Shown here: positions 19,072 to 29,071 of the stretch, piece by piece
Layout of the letters: the number at the start of each line of letters is the position of its first letter
Numbering within the stretch: position 1 is the stretch's first letter
Origin: Bacillota bacterium
GTDB lineage: Bacteria; Bacillota; Dethiobacteria; DTU022
DNA length: 64,000 nt
Direction of reading: 5' to 3'
Assembly (NCBI GenBank): GCA_019428945.1
Contig: JAHYJM010000005.1
Location: 1,562-65,561 of the forward strand
Translations under genes and position numbers: made by a program
The notes under the pieces: generated by a model
Told to the model about the DNA's origin: nothing
The model's database searches: none
What the model saw: only the letters and a program-made list of their open reading frames with translations

Positions 19072-20326
19072 AAGGGTTATCCTGGTTGTTGTCGTTACCG
19101 TTATTGCTACTGAGCTTTTTATTGTAACTGATATAGGGCCTTTTCGATTTTCAATTGGCACTGTTGTTTTTGTCTACGCTATTCTCAGCCTCAACCACAT
19201 CTTGATCATCCCAACAGCTGTAATGGTTGCATTCTCAACTCTTCTTCTCAGGGTTGGGTTGGACTACTTCTTTTGGCTTCCCCGCGAATATTTTAATTTT
19301 ATGGTCGCTCACCAGTATTCTGGTGTAGTTTATTTTATGCTTCTCGCTTTAATTTTAAAGTTAGGCGGTATAAGAGAAGGCACAAGAAATATATCATTAA
19401 CCCTGGTGCTCTATCTTGGTGGAGCAGTAATTCTGTCTAACCTGGCTGAAGCGCTGGTAAGGGTTTCTTCGGTTGATATTTTTACTTTAGTAAATCTGAT
19501 TATTTTAATCCTTATGTCTTCTGTACAGGTATTTCTGGTCACCAGCCTGGTTAACATCAGCCAGTTTCAGAAAACCCTGGTCATGGATGAACAGCAGCGT
19601 GTCAGTTATGAAAAGATGCTGATCATCGCTTCCGAGCTTTATGATGAGCTATTTTATATGCAGAAATCAATGGAAAACATAGAAAATATTATGGCTAAAA
19701 GTTACAATTTACACAAGCGTTTAAAAGAACTCAAGCTTGCCGACAGGTCTTTTGAACATTCTGCTCTCGAAATTGCGGAAGAAGTGCATGAAGTAAAAAA
19801 AGATACAATCCGTATTCTGGCCGGTTTGGGTGAAGCGCTCAAAATCAGAAAAGAAAAACCGGTTATGAACCTCTCTGAGATACTTGACCTTGTCATTAAA
19901 ACCAACCGTAGTTACAGTCAGAGTCTCGATAAGAAAATTCAGTACAGTCTGAGGATCGAAGAAGATCTTGAAGTTGAGCAGATCTACCCACTGCTGGCAA
20001 TTCTTAACAACCTGGTTTCTAACGCGGTCGAAGCAATAACATCTGAGGGGTTAATTCACCTGGTGATCAGGTGCAGAAACTCTATCCTGAGAATATATGT
20101 TTGTGACAACGGCGAACCAATAAAGGATCGTGACAGAAACCTTATGTTCGAACCCGGTTACACCACCAAGTTTTCAGCCGAAGGAGTTCCATCGACAGGC
20201 ATAGGTCTTGCTTATGTCAAAGGCCTGGTGGAAAACTTCAGGGGCAGGGTTGTGTACAGGAAAATTAAAGAAGAAAAATGTTTTATTGTTATGATTCCAG
20301 CTGGAAGTATTTCCGGAGGCCAATAA
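18974..20326 (+). CDS. Multi-pass membrane sensor histidine kinase (GHKL ATPase; GlnK/LytS-like family)
   Basis: N-terminal hydrophobic helices. H-box region RSFEHSALEIAEEVHEVKKD. GHKL N-box and G-box (NNLVSNAVEAI, GIGLAYVKGLVE). The annotated start overlaps korG by ~100 nt and no clean in-frame start exists after the korG stop, so the start is uncertain. Confidence 0.7.
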   Translation: MVSSIKRLLTWVTDSIMRVWGRISEYLLKPLNKRVILVVVVTVIATELFIVTDIGPFRFSIGTVVFVYAILSLNHILIIPTAVMVAFSTLLLRVGLDYFFWLPREYFNFMVAHQYSGVVYFMLLALILKLGGIREGTRNISLTLVLYLGGAVILSNLAEALVRVSSVDIFTLVNLIILILMSSVQVFLVTSLVNISQFQKTLVMDEQQRVSYEKMLIIASELYDELFYMQKSMENIENIMAKSYNLHKRLKELKLADRSFEHSALEIAEEVHEVKKDTIRILAGLGEALKIRKEKPVMNLSEILDLVIKTNRSYSQSLDKKIQYSLRIEEDLEVEQIYPLLAILNNLVSNAVEAITSEGLIHLVIRCRNSILRIYVCDNGEPIKDRDRNLMFEPGYTTKFSAEGVPSTGIGLAYVKGLVENFRGRVVYRKIKEEKCFIVMIPAGSISGGQ

Positions 20327-20327
20327 G

Positions 20328-21254
20328 ATGAATGATTTTACTTTTTTCATAATTGACGATGACCTTGCCTGCCGTCGGATCCTGTCACAGATTATTGAAG
20401 ATGAAAGTCTTGGTGAAGTGATTGGCGAACTGCCTGATGGGCATGGTAATGTTGTCGGAACAATATTATACCATCAGCCCGAGGTGCTGCTTGTTGACCT
20501 CTTAATGCCGGGTAAAGATGGAATAGAGATTGTTGAACAGCTCAGAGATAGAAACTACCGGGGTAAAATTGTGATGATATCGCAGGTGGAAAAAAAGGAA
20601 ATGGTTGCCCAGGCATATGCTGCCGGTATCGAATTCTATATAAATAAGCCTGTTAACAGGGTTGAAGTTATTTCAGTAATCAAGAATATAACCGAACGTT
20701 TGAGAATGGAACGTTCATTTGAGCAAATGAGAGATTCACTCGAAGCCCTGGACCGAATCGGCAGTCTCAGAAGAGGTGCAGTATCCAGGGAAAGCAGGCA
20801 GCCCGATCAGGATATAATCAAAGAAAAAACACGTGAAATATTAGCTGATCTGGGATTGATTGGTGAACCGGGAAGCCATGATCTGATCCAGGTTGTCCTG
20901 TTTTTGAATACTGTTCCCGATGTGGAGAAATATCTTGGCGAATACAGGCGCCTTAAAGATCTTTACCAGGCAGTTCAGGAAAAATATTTACGTGAAGAAG
21001 AAAAACAGACTGATGTGCGCGCTATTGAGCAGCGGGTGCGTCGTGCGATCAGGCATGCTATGGATCATGTGGCTGCCCTGGGCATTGAAGATTATAATAA
21101 CCCTACCTTTGAACGCTACGGATCAAAGTTCTTCGATTTTAATGAGCTTCGCGTGAAAATGAAAGAGTTGGAGCAGGAGATGGAGGTACCGACAAAGACC
21201 CGGGTAAACATCAAACAGTTTATAAACGCTCTTTACTGGGAAATTAAAAAGTAA
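20328..21254 (+). CDS. Response regulator with receiver domain and GlnL/YcbB-type C-terminal output domain
   Basis: Receiver domain with DD...D...K signature (FIIDDD, LLVDLLMPGKDG, ISQVEKKEM). The ~180-aa non-HTH C-terminal domain resembles the YcbB family. The gene follows the kinase by 1 nt. Confidence 0.7.
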   Translation: MNDFTFFIIDDDLACRRILSQIIEDESLGEVIGELPDGHGNVVGTILYHQPEVLLVDLLMPGKDGIEIVEQLRDRNYRGKIVMISQVEKKEMVAQAYAAGIEFYINKPVNRVEVISVIKNITERLRMERSFEQMRDSLEALDRIGSLRRGAVSRESRQPDQDIIKEKTREILADLGLIGEPGSHDLIQVVLFLNTVPDVEKYLGEYRRLKDLYQAVQEKYLREEEKQTDVRAIEQRVRRAIRHAMDHVAALGIEDYNNPTFERYGSKFFDFNELRVKMKELEQEMEVPTKTRVNIKQFINALYWEIKK

Positions 21255-21280
21255 ATTTCCCCCGACTCAAAGCCGCGCCT

Positions 21281-21309
21281 TGACTTTCAACCTTACTAAT
21301 AATACTATT
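21281..21309 (+). promoter_or_regulatory. Candidate sigma-A promoter for valS (TTGACT-17-TACTAT)
   Basis: Hexamers read directly. No T-box motif was found in the 165-nt gap upstream of valS. Confidence 0.3.
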
Positions 21310-21419
21310 TAAAAAGTTGATTTGGTAAACCTTATGGATGACGAAGCGGTGATTTTATGCGAGTTTTTTTATTTGAATTTCTGTCTTCTGTCTCCTAACC
21401 TAACGAGGTGACTTAATAA

Positions 21420-24101
21420 ATGTCCGAAACAACATTGCCCCCTGTTTATGACCCGGCCGCCGTTGAAGAAAAACTGTACCAGTTCTGGTTAGATGGTGAG
21501 TATTTCAAAGCGGCCCGTGAGGCAGGACGACAGACTTTTACCATTGTTATCCCCCCGCCTAACGTTACCGGTTCTCTGCATATGGGTCATGCACTCAACA
21601 ATACTGTTCAGGATATTTTAATTCGCTGGAAACGGATGCAGGGATATGATACACTCTGGCTTCCCGGTTCTGATCATGCCGGAATAGCTACTCAGACTGT
21701 AGTTGAAAAACATCTGGCCGAAGAGGGTTTAGACAGCCGTCAAATGGGACGGGAAGCTTTCATTGAGAGAGTCTGGGAGTGGAAAGAGAAATATCATGCC
21801 CGGATAACGAAGCAGCTTTATCGTCTCGGTGTATCATGTGATTGGTCCCGTGAACGCTTTACAATGGATGAAGGCTGTTCAAAAGCGGTGCGTAAAGTAT
21901 TTGTCGATCTTTACCGGCGTGGATTAATATACCGGGGAGATTACATGATTAACTGGTGTCCCCGTTGTCATACAGCCCTCTCTGATATTGAAGTTGAGCA
22001 TGAGGACGAATCTTCATCTCTCACTCATATATGTTACCCCCTTGAAGATGGCAGCGGTTCAATATCTGTTGCCACTACCCGTCCTGAAACGATGTTGGGT
22101 GATACAGGTGTGGCAGTGCATCCGGATGATAAACGTTACCGTAAACTAGTTGGCAAATATGTGATACTGCCGCTTCTTGACCGGCCCATACCAATAGTAG
22201 CTGATGAATATGTCGACCCCGAATTCGGCAGCGGAGCCGTTAAGGTTACTCCCGGACACGATCCGAACGATTTTGCTATCGGACAGCGTCATAAACTTGA
22301 TTTGATCAAGATAATTGATGAAGATGCCAGAATGACTGAAGCAGCAGGCCCTTATGCCGGTCTGGATCGTTATGAATGCCGGGAGAAAGTAGTTGCCGAT
22401 CTGCAAAAGCTGGGCGCTGTAGAAAAAATTGAGGTTTATGACCATGCTGTTGGCCGCTGCCAGCGCTGCAGCACGGTGGTAGAACCTCTTATTTCGAGAC
22501 AGTGGTTTGTAAAAATGAAGCCTCTGGCTGAACCGGCACTGCAGGTCGTAAATGATGATCTGACCCGTTTTGTGCCCCCCCGCTTCACCCGCATTTACAA
22601 AAATTGGGTTGAGAATATACGGGACTGGTGTATTTCACGCCAGATATGGTGGGGACACCGCATACCCGCTTGGTACTGTGCCTGCGGTGAAGTTATTGTT
22701 GATTATGCTGAACCGAAAAACTGTCCCTCCTGCGGTGGCAGCTCGATTGAACAGGATCCGGATGTTCTTGATACCTGGTTCAGTTCAGCCCTCTGGCCCT
22801 TTTCTACCCTGGGCTGGCCTGATGAAACACCTGATCTTAAGCATTATTACCCCACTTCAGTGCTGGTTACTGCTTATGATATTATATATTTCTGGGTTGC
22901 CAGGATGATGTTCATGGGATTAGCTTTCATGGGGGAAGTACCATTTAATACAGTTTATATAACTGGTTTGGTGCGTGATGCTCAGGGTCGTAAAATGAGT
23001 AAATCGCTTGGTAACGGTATTGATCCCCTTGAAGTTATCGAAAACTATGGTGCAGACACATTGCGGTTTACGCTCATTACCGGTCAGGCGCCCGGTAATG
23101 ACCAGCGATTTCGTCAGGAAAGCGTTGAGGCAGGGCGCAATTTTGCAAACAAGGTATGGAATGCCTCGCGGTTTGTGTTAATGAATCTTTATGATGAAGG
23201 AAGCAGCGAGCCGGATTTTCCCCGTTTCGAGCCGGAAAGCCTTCCCACCGGGCTGAACCGGGCAGACCGTTGGATTTTGCATCGATATAATGAAACTGTG
23301 ATAAAAGCGACCGCCTTGCTTGAAAAGCACGAGCTTGGTGAAGCAGCGCGCCTTATATATGAATATTTGTGGAACGATTTTTGTGACTGGTATGTAGAAA
23401 TAAGCAAATATTATTTGTACCGCACAGATGGCAGCAGTGAAGCCGATCAAGATCGCCGCCGCACCCGTTCGATGCTCTCTTACCTTCTCGACGGTGTCAT
23501 GAAACTGCTTCACCCCTTTATGCCATTTATTTCTGAGGAAATTTGGCAGCAGCTACCCTATCGTGATGGAAAAACATTAGTAAGAGCAGACTGGCCGAAA
23601 GCGCTTGACTCACTTAATTTCCCGGTTGAAGCGACAGAAATATCACTTTTGCATGAGGTAGCCAGGGCGATCAGAAACCTGCGCAGCCAGGTTAAGCTGC
23701 CGCCGGGCAAAAAAGCGGCAGTTGTTGTCCGGGCTTCAGGAAATATAGCTAAATGCCTGCAGGAAGAAAGTCATCAGCTCAACAAGCTTGCTTTTGCTGA
23801 ACCGCTGACGGTTTCGCCTGAAGCAGCAAAGCCGGAACAGGCCCTGACAGCTATTATCGGCGATGAAATTGATGTTTACCTGCCCCTGGAAGGAGTAATT
23901 GATTTCGAAGCTGAAATAAATCGCCTGCAGAAGGAACTTGGGCAGTTAGAGGTTGAAATTAAAAAAACTGAAAGTAAGCTTGGCAGCCCCGGTTTTATCA
24001 ATAAAGCACCTGCAGAAGTTGTGGAGAAAGAAAAAGCCCGCCGGGATGAGCAGGAAACAAAGCTTGTAAAACTCCGGGAACGCCTGGAGGAGCTAAACTA
24101 A
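21420..24101 (+). CDS. valS: Valyl-tRNA synthetase
   Basis: 893 aa class-I aaRS. The HIGH motif appears as PNVTGSLHMGHA and the KMSKS motif is present. The C-terminal coiled-coil is present. Confidence 0.95.
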   Translation: MSETTLPPVYDPAAVEEKLYQFWLDGEYFKAAREAGRQTFTIVIPPPNVTGSLHMGHALNNTVQDILIRWKRMQGYDTLWLPGSDHAGIATQTVVEKHLAEEGLDSRQMGREAFIERVWEWKEKYHARITKQLYRLGVSCDWSRERFTMDEGCSKAVRKVFVDLYRRGLIYRGDYMINWCPRCHTALSDIEVEHEDESSSLTHICYPLEDGSGSISVATTRPETMLGDTGVAVHPDDKRYRKLVGKYVILPLLDRPIPIVADEYVDPEFGSGAVKVTPGHDPNDFAIGQRHKLDLIKIIDEDARMTEAAGPYAGLDRYECREKVVADLQKLGAVEKIEVYDHAVGRCQRCSTVVEPLISRQWFVKMKPLAEPALQVVNDDLTRFVPPRFTRIYKNWVENIRDWCISRQIWWGHRIPAWYCACGEVIVDYAEPKNCPSCGGSSIEQDPDVLDTWFSSALWPFSTLGWPDETPDLKHYYPTSVLVTAYDIIYFWVARMMFMGLAFMGEVPFNTVYITGLVRDAQGRKMSKSLGNGIDPLEVIENYGADTLRFTLITGQAPGNDQRFRQESVEAGRNFANKVWNASRFVLMNLYDEGSSEPDFPRFEPESLPTGLNRADRWILHRYNETVIKATALLEKHELGEAARLIYEYLWNDFCDWYVEISKYYLYRTDGSSEADQDRRRTRSMLSYLLDGVMKLLHPFMPFISEEIWQQLPYRDGKTLVRADWPKALDSLNFPVEATEISLLHEVARAIRNLRSQVKLPPGKKAAVVVRASGNIAKCLQEESHQLNKLAFAEPLTVSPEAAKPEQALTAIIGDEIDVYLPLEGVIDFEAEINRLQKELGQLEVEIKKTESKLGSPGFINKAPAEVVEKEKARRDEQETKLVKLRERLEELN

Positions 24102-24104
24102 ACG

Positions 24105-25460
24105 ATGAATACAGAAAAACGTTATGAAGAAGCTCTGAATTGGATTCACGGTCTCGGTCGTTTTGGAATTAAACCCGGTCTGGAAAGGATTACTGCGCTT
24201 CTTGAAATGCTTGGCAATCCGCATCATAACATTTCCTTTGTTCACATCGGAGGGACCAACGGAAAAGGTTCGACTGCTGCGATGCTGGCTTCTATTCTAA
24301 GAACAGCGGGCTTAAATATCGGCCTCTATACTTCGCCCTATCTTTTATCTTTCACAAACCGGATGGCTGTTAACGGCAGCGACATAAATCAGGGTGATCT
24401 CGCTGATCTTGTTGATGAGATTAAACCTTTAATTGATCAGATATTAAACGATCCTGAACTGGGGCAACCGACCGAATTTGAAGTTGTTACTGTTCTGGCG
24501 TTAACCTATTTTGCCCGGCAAAAAGTAGATCTGGTTGTGCTTGAAGTAGGGCTTGGTGGCAGATTGGATGCAACAAACGTTGTTATTCCAATTTTGAGTA
24601 TTATTACCAACATCAGCTTGGAGCATACGGAAATTCTTGGAGATACCATCACAAAAATTGCCGGTGAAAAAGCAGGTATCATCAAGCCTGGCAGGCCGCT
24701 CCTGACAGCCTCATCAGATGAAGAAGTTCTGAAACTATTTGAAGATCGCTGTCATGAACTTAGAGCGCCGCTTTACAGGGTTTATCCGCCAGTTGAGCAG
24801 GCTTCCTTTAAGTCTGAGCACCGCCCTGTGGCTATCTCGCAAGATATCACTCCGGAAGGTCAGTATTTTTCTTACAGAGGTTTTAAATGGGGCTTTGATC
24901 ATCTTTTTATTCGACTGCGCGGAAAATATCAGCTTGAAAATGCCTGTACTGCTCTTGCCGCAGCTGAAATAATATCCGGAAAGGGTTTTCCGATTGATGA
25001 AGAAGCTGTTCGAAAAGGGCTGGCTGAAACAGTCTGGCCGGGTCGCCTGGAACTAATGCAAAATGAGCCCCTCCTGATTATGGACGGGGCACATAACCCG
25101 GCAGCAATAGAAAAGCTGGCTGAAGCATTTCCGCTCTATTTTGATTATAGAAGACTTATACTGATTTTCGGTATGCTTGCCGATAAAGATATGGCTTCTA
25201 TGCTGAATACTATATTGCCTATTGCCGATATAGTTATTTTTACCCGCCCTTTGCTGCCGCGAGCTGCTGAACCGGAATCAGTTGCAGCTTATGCCATAGA
25301 AAAACTCGGTTACAGCAAAGAATGCTATATTGTCGGTCACTATGGCGAAGCACTGGAAAAAGCTCTGGGAATTGCCGCGCCCGGCGATGCTATCCTGGTT
25401 ACCGGGTCGCTTTATACAGTCAGCGATATACGTGCGTATTGGGTAGGGCATCGCAGATAA
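24105..25460 (+). CDS. folC: Folylpolyglutamate synthase / dihydrofolate synthase
   Basis: Mur-ligase-family P-loop HIGGTNGKGST. The order valS-folC is conserved. Confidence 0.9.
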   Translation: MNTEKRYEEALNWIHGLGRFGIKPGLERITALLEMLGNPHHNISFVHIGGTNGKGSTAAMLASILRTAGLNIGLYTSPYLLSFTNRMAVNGSDINQGDLADLVDEIKPLIDQILNDPELGQPTEFEVVTVLALTYFARQKVDLVVLEVGLGGRLDATNVVIPILSIITNISLEHTEILGDTITKIAGEKAGIIKPGRPLLTASSDEEVLKLFEDRCHELRAPLYRVYPPVEQASFKSEHRPVAISQDITPEGQYFSYRGFKWGFDHLFIRLRGKYQLENACTALAAAEIISGKGFPIDEEAVRKGLAETVWPGRLELMQNEPLLIMDGAHNPAAIEKLAEAFPLYFDYRRLILIFGMLADKDMASMLNTILPIADIVIFTRPLLPRAAEPESVAAYAIEKLGYSKECYIVGHYGEALEKALGIAAPGDAILVTGSLYTVSDIRAYWVGHRR

Positions 25461-25607
25461 TTCGGCAGATAATTGTTATTATTGCCAGTTTGTGAAAAGA
25501 ACCTTTTGATGCAGGAGTTTAAAGAGATATCACGAAATCATATGAGGTGTTTATTTTTCTCTGCCAAAAAGTTTCTTAAATATAACAGGAAAGGGTGAAC
25601 TAAGTTT

Positions 25608-26933
25608 ATGGGCAGCGCGGTCTTTAAAGGAGGCGTTCATCCGGACTATCATAAAGAGATAACAGCGACTATGGCTGTATCGAAGATGAAAGCCCCTTCT
25701 ACAGTAGTAATTCCTCTGCAACAGCATATTGGCGCACCCTGTGAACCTCTCGAAGGAATCGAAGAAGGTGTCCGAGTTAAAATGGGGCAAAAAATTGCCG
25801 ACAGTAGTGGTTTTGTTTCCGCTCCCATCCATGCAAGTGTATCGGGTACAATTAAAGCCATCGGCCCGTACAATCATCCCCTCGGACGTCCGGTTAATGC
25901 GATTACGATTGAGTCGGATGGACAGGAAGAGTGGGATGAGAAAGTTAAACCGGCAGGTAATCTGGAGAACCTTACCCCGGATGATCTACGCAAAATCATT
26001 CGTGAAGCCGGAATTGTCGGCTTGGGCGGAGCCACCTTCCCGGCTCATGTCAAGTTGTCGCCACCACCGGAGAAAAAAATTGATTATGTAGTTATCAACG
26101 GCGCTGAGTGTGAACCGTACCTGACAGCGGATCACCGGGTTATGCTTGAAAATCCTGAAGAAATAATCTTCGGTCTAAAAGTGATGATCAAAGCGTTGGG
26201 TGCCGAGAAAGGCGTGATCGGTATTGAAGACAATAAAGCCGATGCAATCAGGGTTATGGAGCAGGCAGTTGCCGGTGAAGATAACATAACAGTAGCCCAT
26301 TTGCATACCAAATACCCCCAGGGCGCTGAAAAAATGCTGATCCAGGTTACAACCGGGCGTATAGTACCTTCCGGCGGCCTTCCTCTTGATATAGGTGTTG
26401 TAAACCATAACGTGGGGACAGCCGTTGCCATAACAAGCACTATACGCGAAGGTAAGCCTTTAATTGAAAGAGTTGTTACAGTTACAGGTTCTGGAATCAA
26501 TAAACCGGCAAATCTTCTGGTAAAGGTGGGAACACTGGTTTCAGAAGTGCTTGATGTCTGCGGTGGTTTAAAGGAAGATACCAGAAAGCTGATCACTGGC
26601 GGCCCGATGATGGGTCTGGCCCAGCCAAATACTGATATTCCGGTGATTAAAGGTACCTCCGGAATTCTCGCCCTGACCGACCAGGATGTATATATTGCAG
26701 AAAGCAGTCCCTGTATCCGCTGTGCCAAATGTGTGGAGGCTTGTCCGGTTCAACTGCTGCCTACATCTATAGCGCAGGCAGCCGAGCATGACCTGTTTAA
26801 AAAAGCCGAAAAACTCCATGCCATGGATTGTTTTGAGTGTGGCTGCTGTTCATATGTTTGTCCTTCAAAAATACCTTTAACTCAGTTAATAAGAATTGCC
26901 AAAGCGGAAATAGCGAAAGCGAATAAAAAGTAG
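25608..26933 (+). CDS. rnfC: Rnf complex subunit C (NADH-binding, 2x[4Fe-4S])
   Basis: GGVHPDYHKE N-terminus and the C-terminal ferredoxin motifs CIRCAKCVEACP, CFECGCCSYVCP. Confidence 0.9.
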   Translation: MGSAVFKGGVHPDYHKEITATMAVSKMKAPSTVVIPLQQHIGAPCEPLEGIEEGVRVKMGQKIADSSGFVSAPIHASVSGTIKAIGPYNHPLGRPVNAITIESDGQEEWDEKVKPAGNLENLTPDDLRKIIREAGIVGLGGATFPAHVKLSPPPEKKIDYVVINGAECEPYLTADHRVMLENPEEIIFGLKVMIKALGAEKGVIGIEDNKADAIRVMEQAVAGEDNITVAHLHTKYPQGAEKMLIQVTTGRIVPSGGLPLDIGVVNHNVGTAVAITSTIREGKPLIERVVTVTGSGINKPANLLVKVGTLVSEVLDVCGGLKEDTRKLITGGPMMGLAQPNTDIPVIKGTSGILALTDQDVYIAESSPCIRCAKCVEACPVQLLPTSIAQAAEHDLFKKAEKLHAMDCFECGCCSYVCPSKIPLTQLIRIAKAEIAKANKK

Positions 26934-26964
26934 CCTGCTTTGCAAGGGAGGGAAGTGATAGATA

Positions 26965-27930
26965 ATGGATAACAAAATGGTAGTTTCATCTTCTCCGCAT
27001 ATCAGGAGCCTTGAATCAGTTCAAAGTGTTATGATTGATGTTCTGATAGCCTTGTTTCCCGCTGCCCTGATGGCAGTGCTCCTATTTGGATACAAGGCTT
27101 TGATAACCATGATTATATCTGTGGTAACAGCAATGCTTGTAGAAGCTCTTTGGTTACGGAAGCGTGATATATTTAGCGACGGCAGCGCCGCAGTCACAGG
27201 CCTTCTGTTCGCCATGGTTCTGCCGCCAGCACCGCCGTGGTGGCTGGTAGTTGTAGGTGTGGCCTCGGCGATTATAATCGGCAAACAGGTTTTCGGCGGT
27301 ATCGGTTACAATATCTTTAACCCTGCCCTGGTTGGCAGAGCGGTTGTTGTAATGTCCTGGGGTGGTTATCTGGTTGGGCGAGTATGGTCGCAGCCGCAGC
27401 CTTTTGCCTTAACGGCAGATATTTCTGCTATAACTACGGCGACTCCGCTCGGAGGGCAGGAAGAAGCTCTCGCGGTTAGCCTGACAAACCTCTTTATAGG
27501 CAATGTGGCCGGATGCCTCGGTGAAACATCAACCCTGGCGCTTCTGCTCGGCGCTGCATGGCTCTATTACAAGGGGCATATCGATCTGCGTATACCCGGG
27601 GGATTTATTGGTGTCGTATTCATAATGGGCGCTATCTTCGGTGGAGGTTTTTACGGTGGAGCTCTGACAACAGGTCTTTTCCATGTATTGGCGGGAGGCG
27701 TAATGCTTGGTGCGCTATTCATGGCTACCGACATGGTTACAACGCCAGTTACAGCCAAGGGCAAATTAATATTTGGTATTGGTTGCGGAATTATTACAAT
27801 GATGATCAGGTTGTGGGGCACCTTGCCTGAAGGTGTTACCTTTGCCATATTATTAATGAATGCTGTAACCCCGATTATCGATAACTTTACAGTGCCACAA
27901 CAGTTTGGGGGGGTGAAGAAGAGTGCGTAA
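26965..27930 (+). CDS. rnfD: Rnf complex subunit D (NqrB-like membrane subunit)
   Basis: SSPHIRS N-terminus, polytopic membrane protein, and the flavinylation-region motif TGATPLG-like. Confidence 0.9.
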   Translation: MDNKMVVSSSPHIRSLESVQSVMIDVLIALFPAALMAVLLFGYKALITMIISVVTAMLVEALWLRKRDIFSDGSAAVTGLLFAMVLPPAPPWWLVVVGVASAIIIGKQVFGGIGYNIFNPALVGRAVVVMSWGGYLVGRVWSQPQPFALTADISAITTATPLGGQEEALAVSLTNLFIGNVAGCLGETSTLALLLGAAWLYYKGHIDLRIPGGFIGVVFIMGAIFGGGFYGGALTTGLFHVLAGGVMLGALFMATDMVTTPVTAKGKLIFGIGCGIITMMIRLWGTLPEGVTFAILLMNAVTPIIDNFTVPQQFGGVKKSA

Positions 27931-29071
27931 TATTATAAAACTGTCTGTTACTCTTGCTGTAGTCGGTATTATATCTGCCGCTCTTCTGACCGGTGTGTAT
28001 AATGTTACCGCTCCGATCATTGCCGAACGGCAGGAAGCGGAATACAGGCAAGCCCTGGAACTTTATTTTCCCGGCTTCGCCAGCTATGACAGCGAAGAAA
28101 TTGGCGATGATTACTTTGATTTAATCTACGATGGTTCTGATGAACTGATTGGCATTATGGGCACGATTGAGCAGCAGGGTTATGATGGAACGATAACTTA
28201 TAACCTGGCCATGGACGATTCGGGTTCAATAATCGGAGTCAGGGTTGTATCCCACTCTGAAACTCCGGGTATCGGTGACGTAATCACCACTGAAGTTTTT
28301 CAGGAACAGTTTTTCGGTAAGAACTATGAAGATCCTATCGTAGCCGGCGATGATGTTAATGCAATTACCGGCGCTACAGTCAGCAGTTCTGCAATGATAA
28401 ATTCAATCAGGCGGGTTAGCGGAGTGGTTGCGGAGAACTTCCTGGGCGTTGAATCAGTTGCGATTGATATCTCTGAAGTACCGGATGGAACTTACCAGGG
28501 ATCAGCTCCCGGCCTTGGCGGCGAATTGACTGTTGAGGTTGAGGTTTCCGATGGAGTAATTGTCAGTATTGAGGTTATTGAACACAATGAAACGCCTACT
28601 TATTTTATTGAAGCATACCCCTTTATACCTGAACAGATTATTGCTGAACAGCATTTTGATATAGATACCCAAACAGGCGCTACCATCAGTTCTGAAGCAA
28701 TAATCGAGGCTGTTCAGAATGCCCTTCGTGAGGCTCTCGGCATCGAGGTCGGAGAAGAACCGGAAGAAGAGCCTGTTGATATAAATATCAGCGAAATCCC
28801 CGACGGAATCTACGTCGGCAGTGGTGAAGGTTTTTATGGTCCGATTACTGTTGAAGTCGAAGTTGCGGGTGGGCAGATAGTCAGTATAGTGATAACCGGG
28901 CAGGATGAAACTCCGGAATATTTCAGGGAGTCGAATCCGCTGATTCCGGAACGGATAATTGAGGAACAAAGTCTTGATATCGATACAAGCACCGGAGCAA
29001 CTTTTAGCGCCAAAGGTATTGTGCAGGCTGTTCTAAACGCTCTGGACAGTGAAAGTGGAGGTGAAGACTGA
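27923..29071 (+). CDS. rnfG: Rnf complex subunit G with three FMN-binding (FMN_bind) domains
   Basis: N-terminal membrane anchor plus an RnfG core ending in the flavinylation motif NAITGATVSS. Two additional ~100-aa repeats follow, each with T[QS]TGAT[IF]S. The protein is 382 aa against a typical ~200 aa. Confidence 0.85.
   Translation: MRNIIKLSVTLAVVGIISAALLTGVYNVTAPIIAERQEAEYRQALELYFPGFASYDSEEIGDDYFDLIYDGSDELIGIMGTIEQQGYDGTITYNLAMDDSGSIIGVRVVSHSETPGIGDVITTEVFQEQFFGKNYEDPIVAGDDVNAITGATVSSSAMINSIRRVSGVVAENFLGVESVAIDISEVPDGTYQGSAPGLGGELTVEVEVSDGVIVSIEVIEHNETPTYFIEAYPFIPEQIIAEQHFDIDTQTGATISSEAIIEAVQNALREALGIEVGEEPEEEPVDINISEIPDGIYVGSGEGFYGPITVEVEVAGGQIVSIVITGQDETPEYFRESNPLIPERIIEEQSLDIDTSTGATFSAKGIVQAVLNALDSESGGED

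Noticed and set aside
21255-21419. Expected T-box leader upstream of valS
   Set aside because: The 165-nt gap contains no AGGGUGGNACCGCG T-box sequence and no terminator or antiterminator pair. Only a weak sigma-A promoter is visible.
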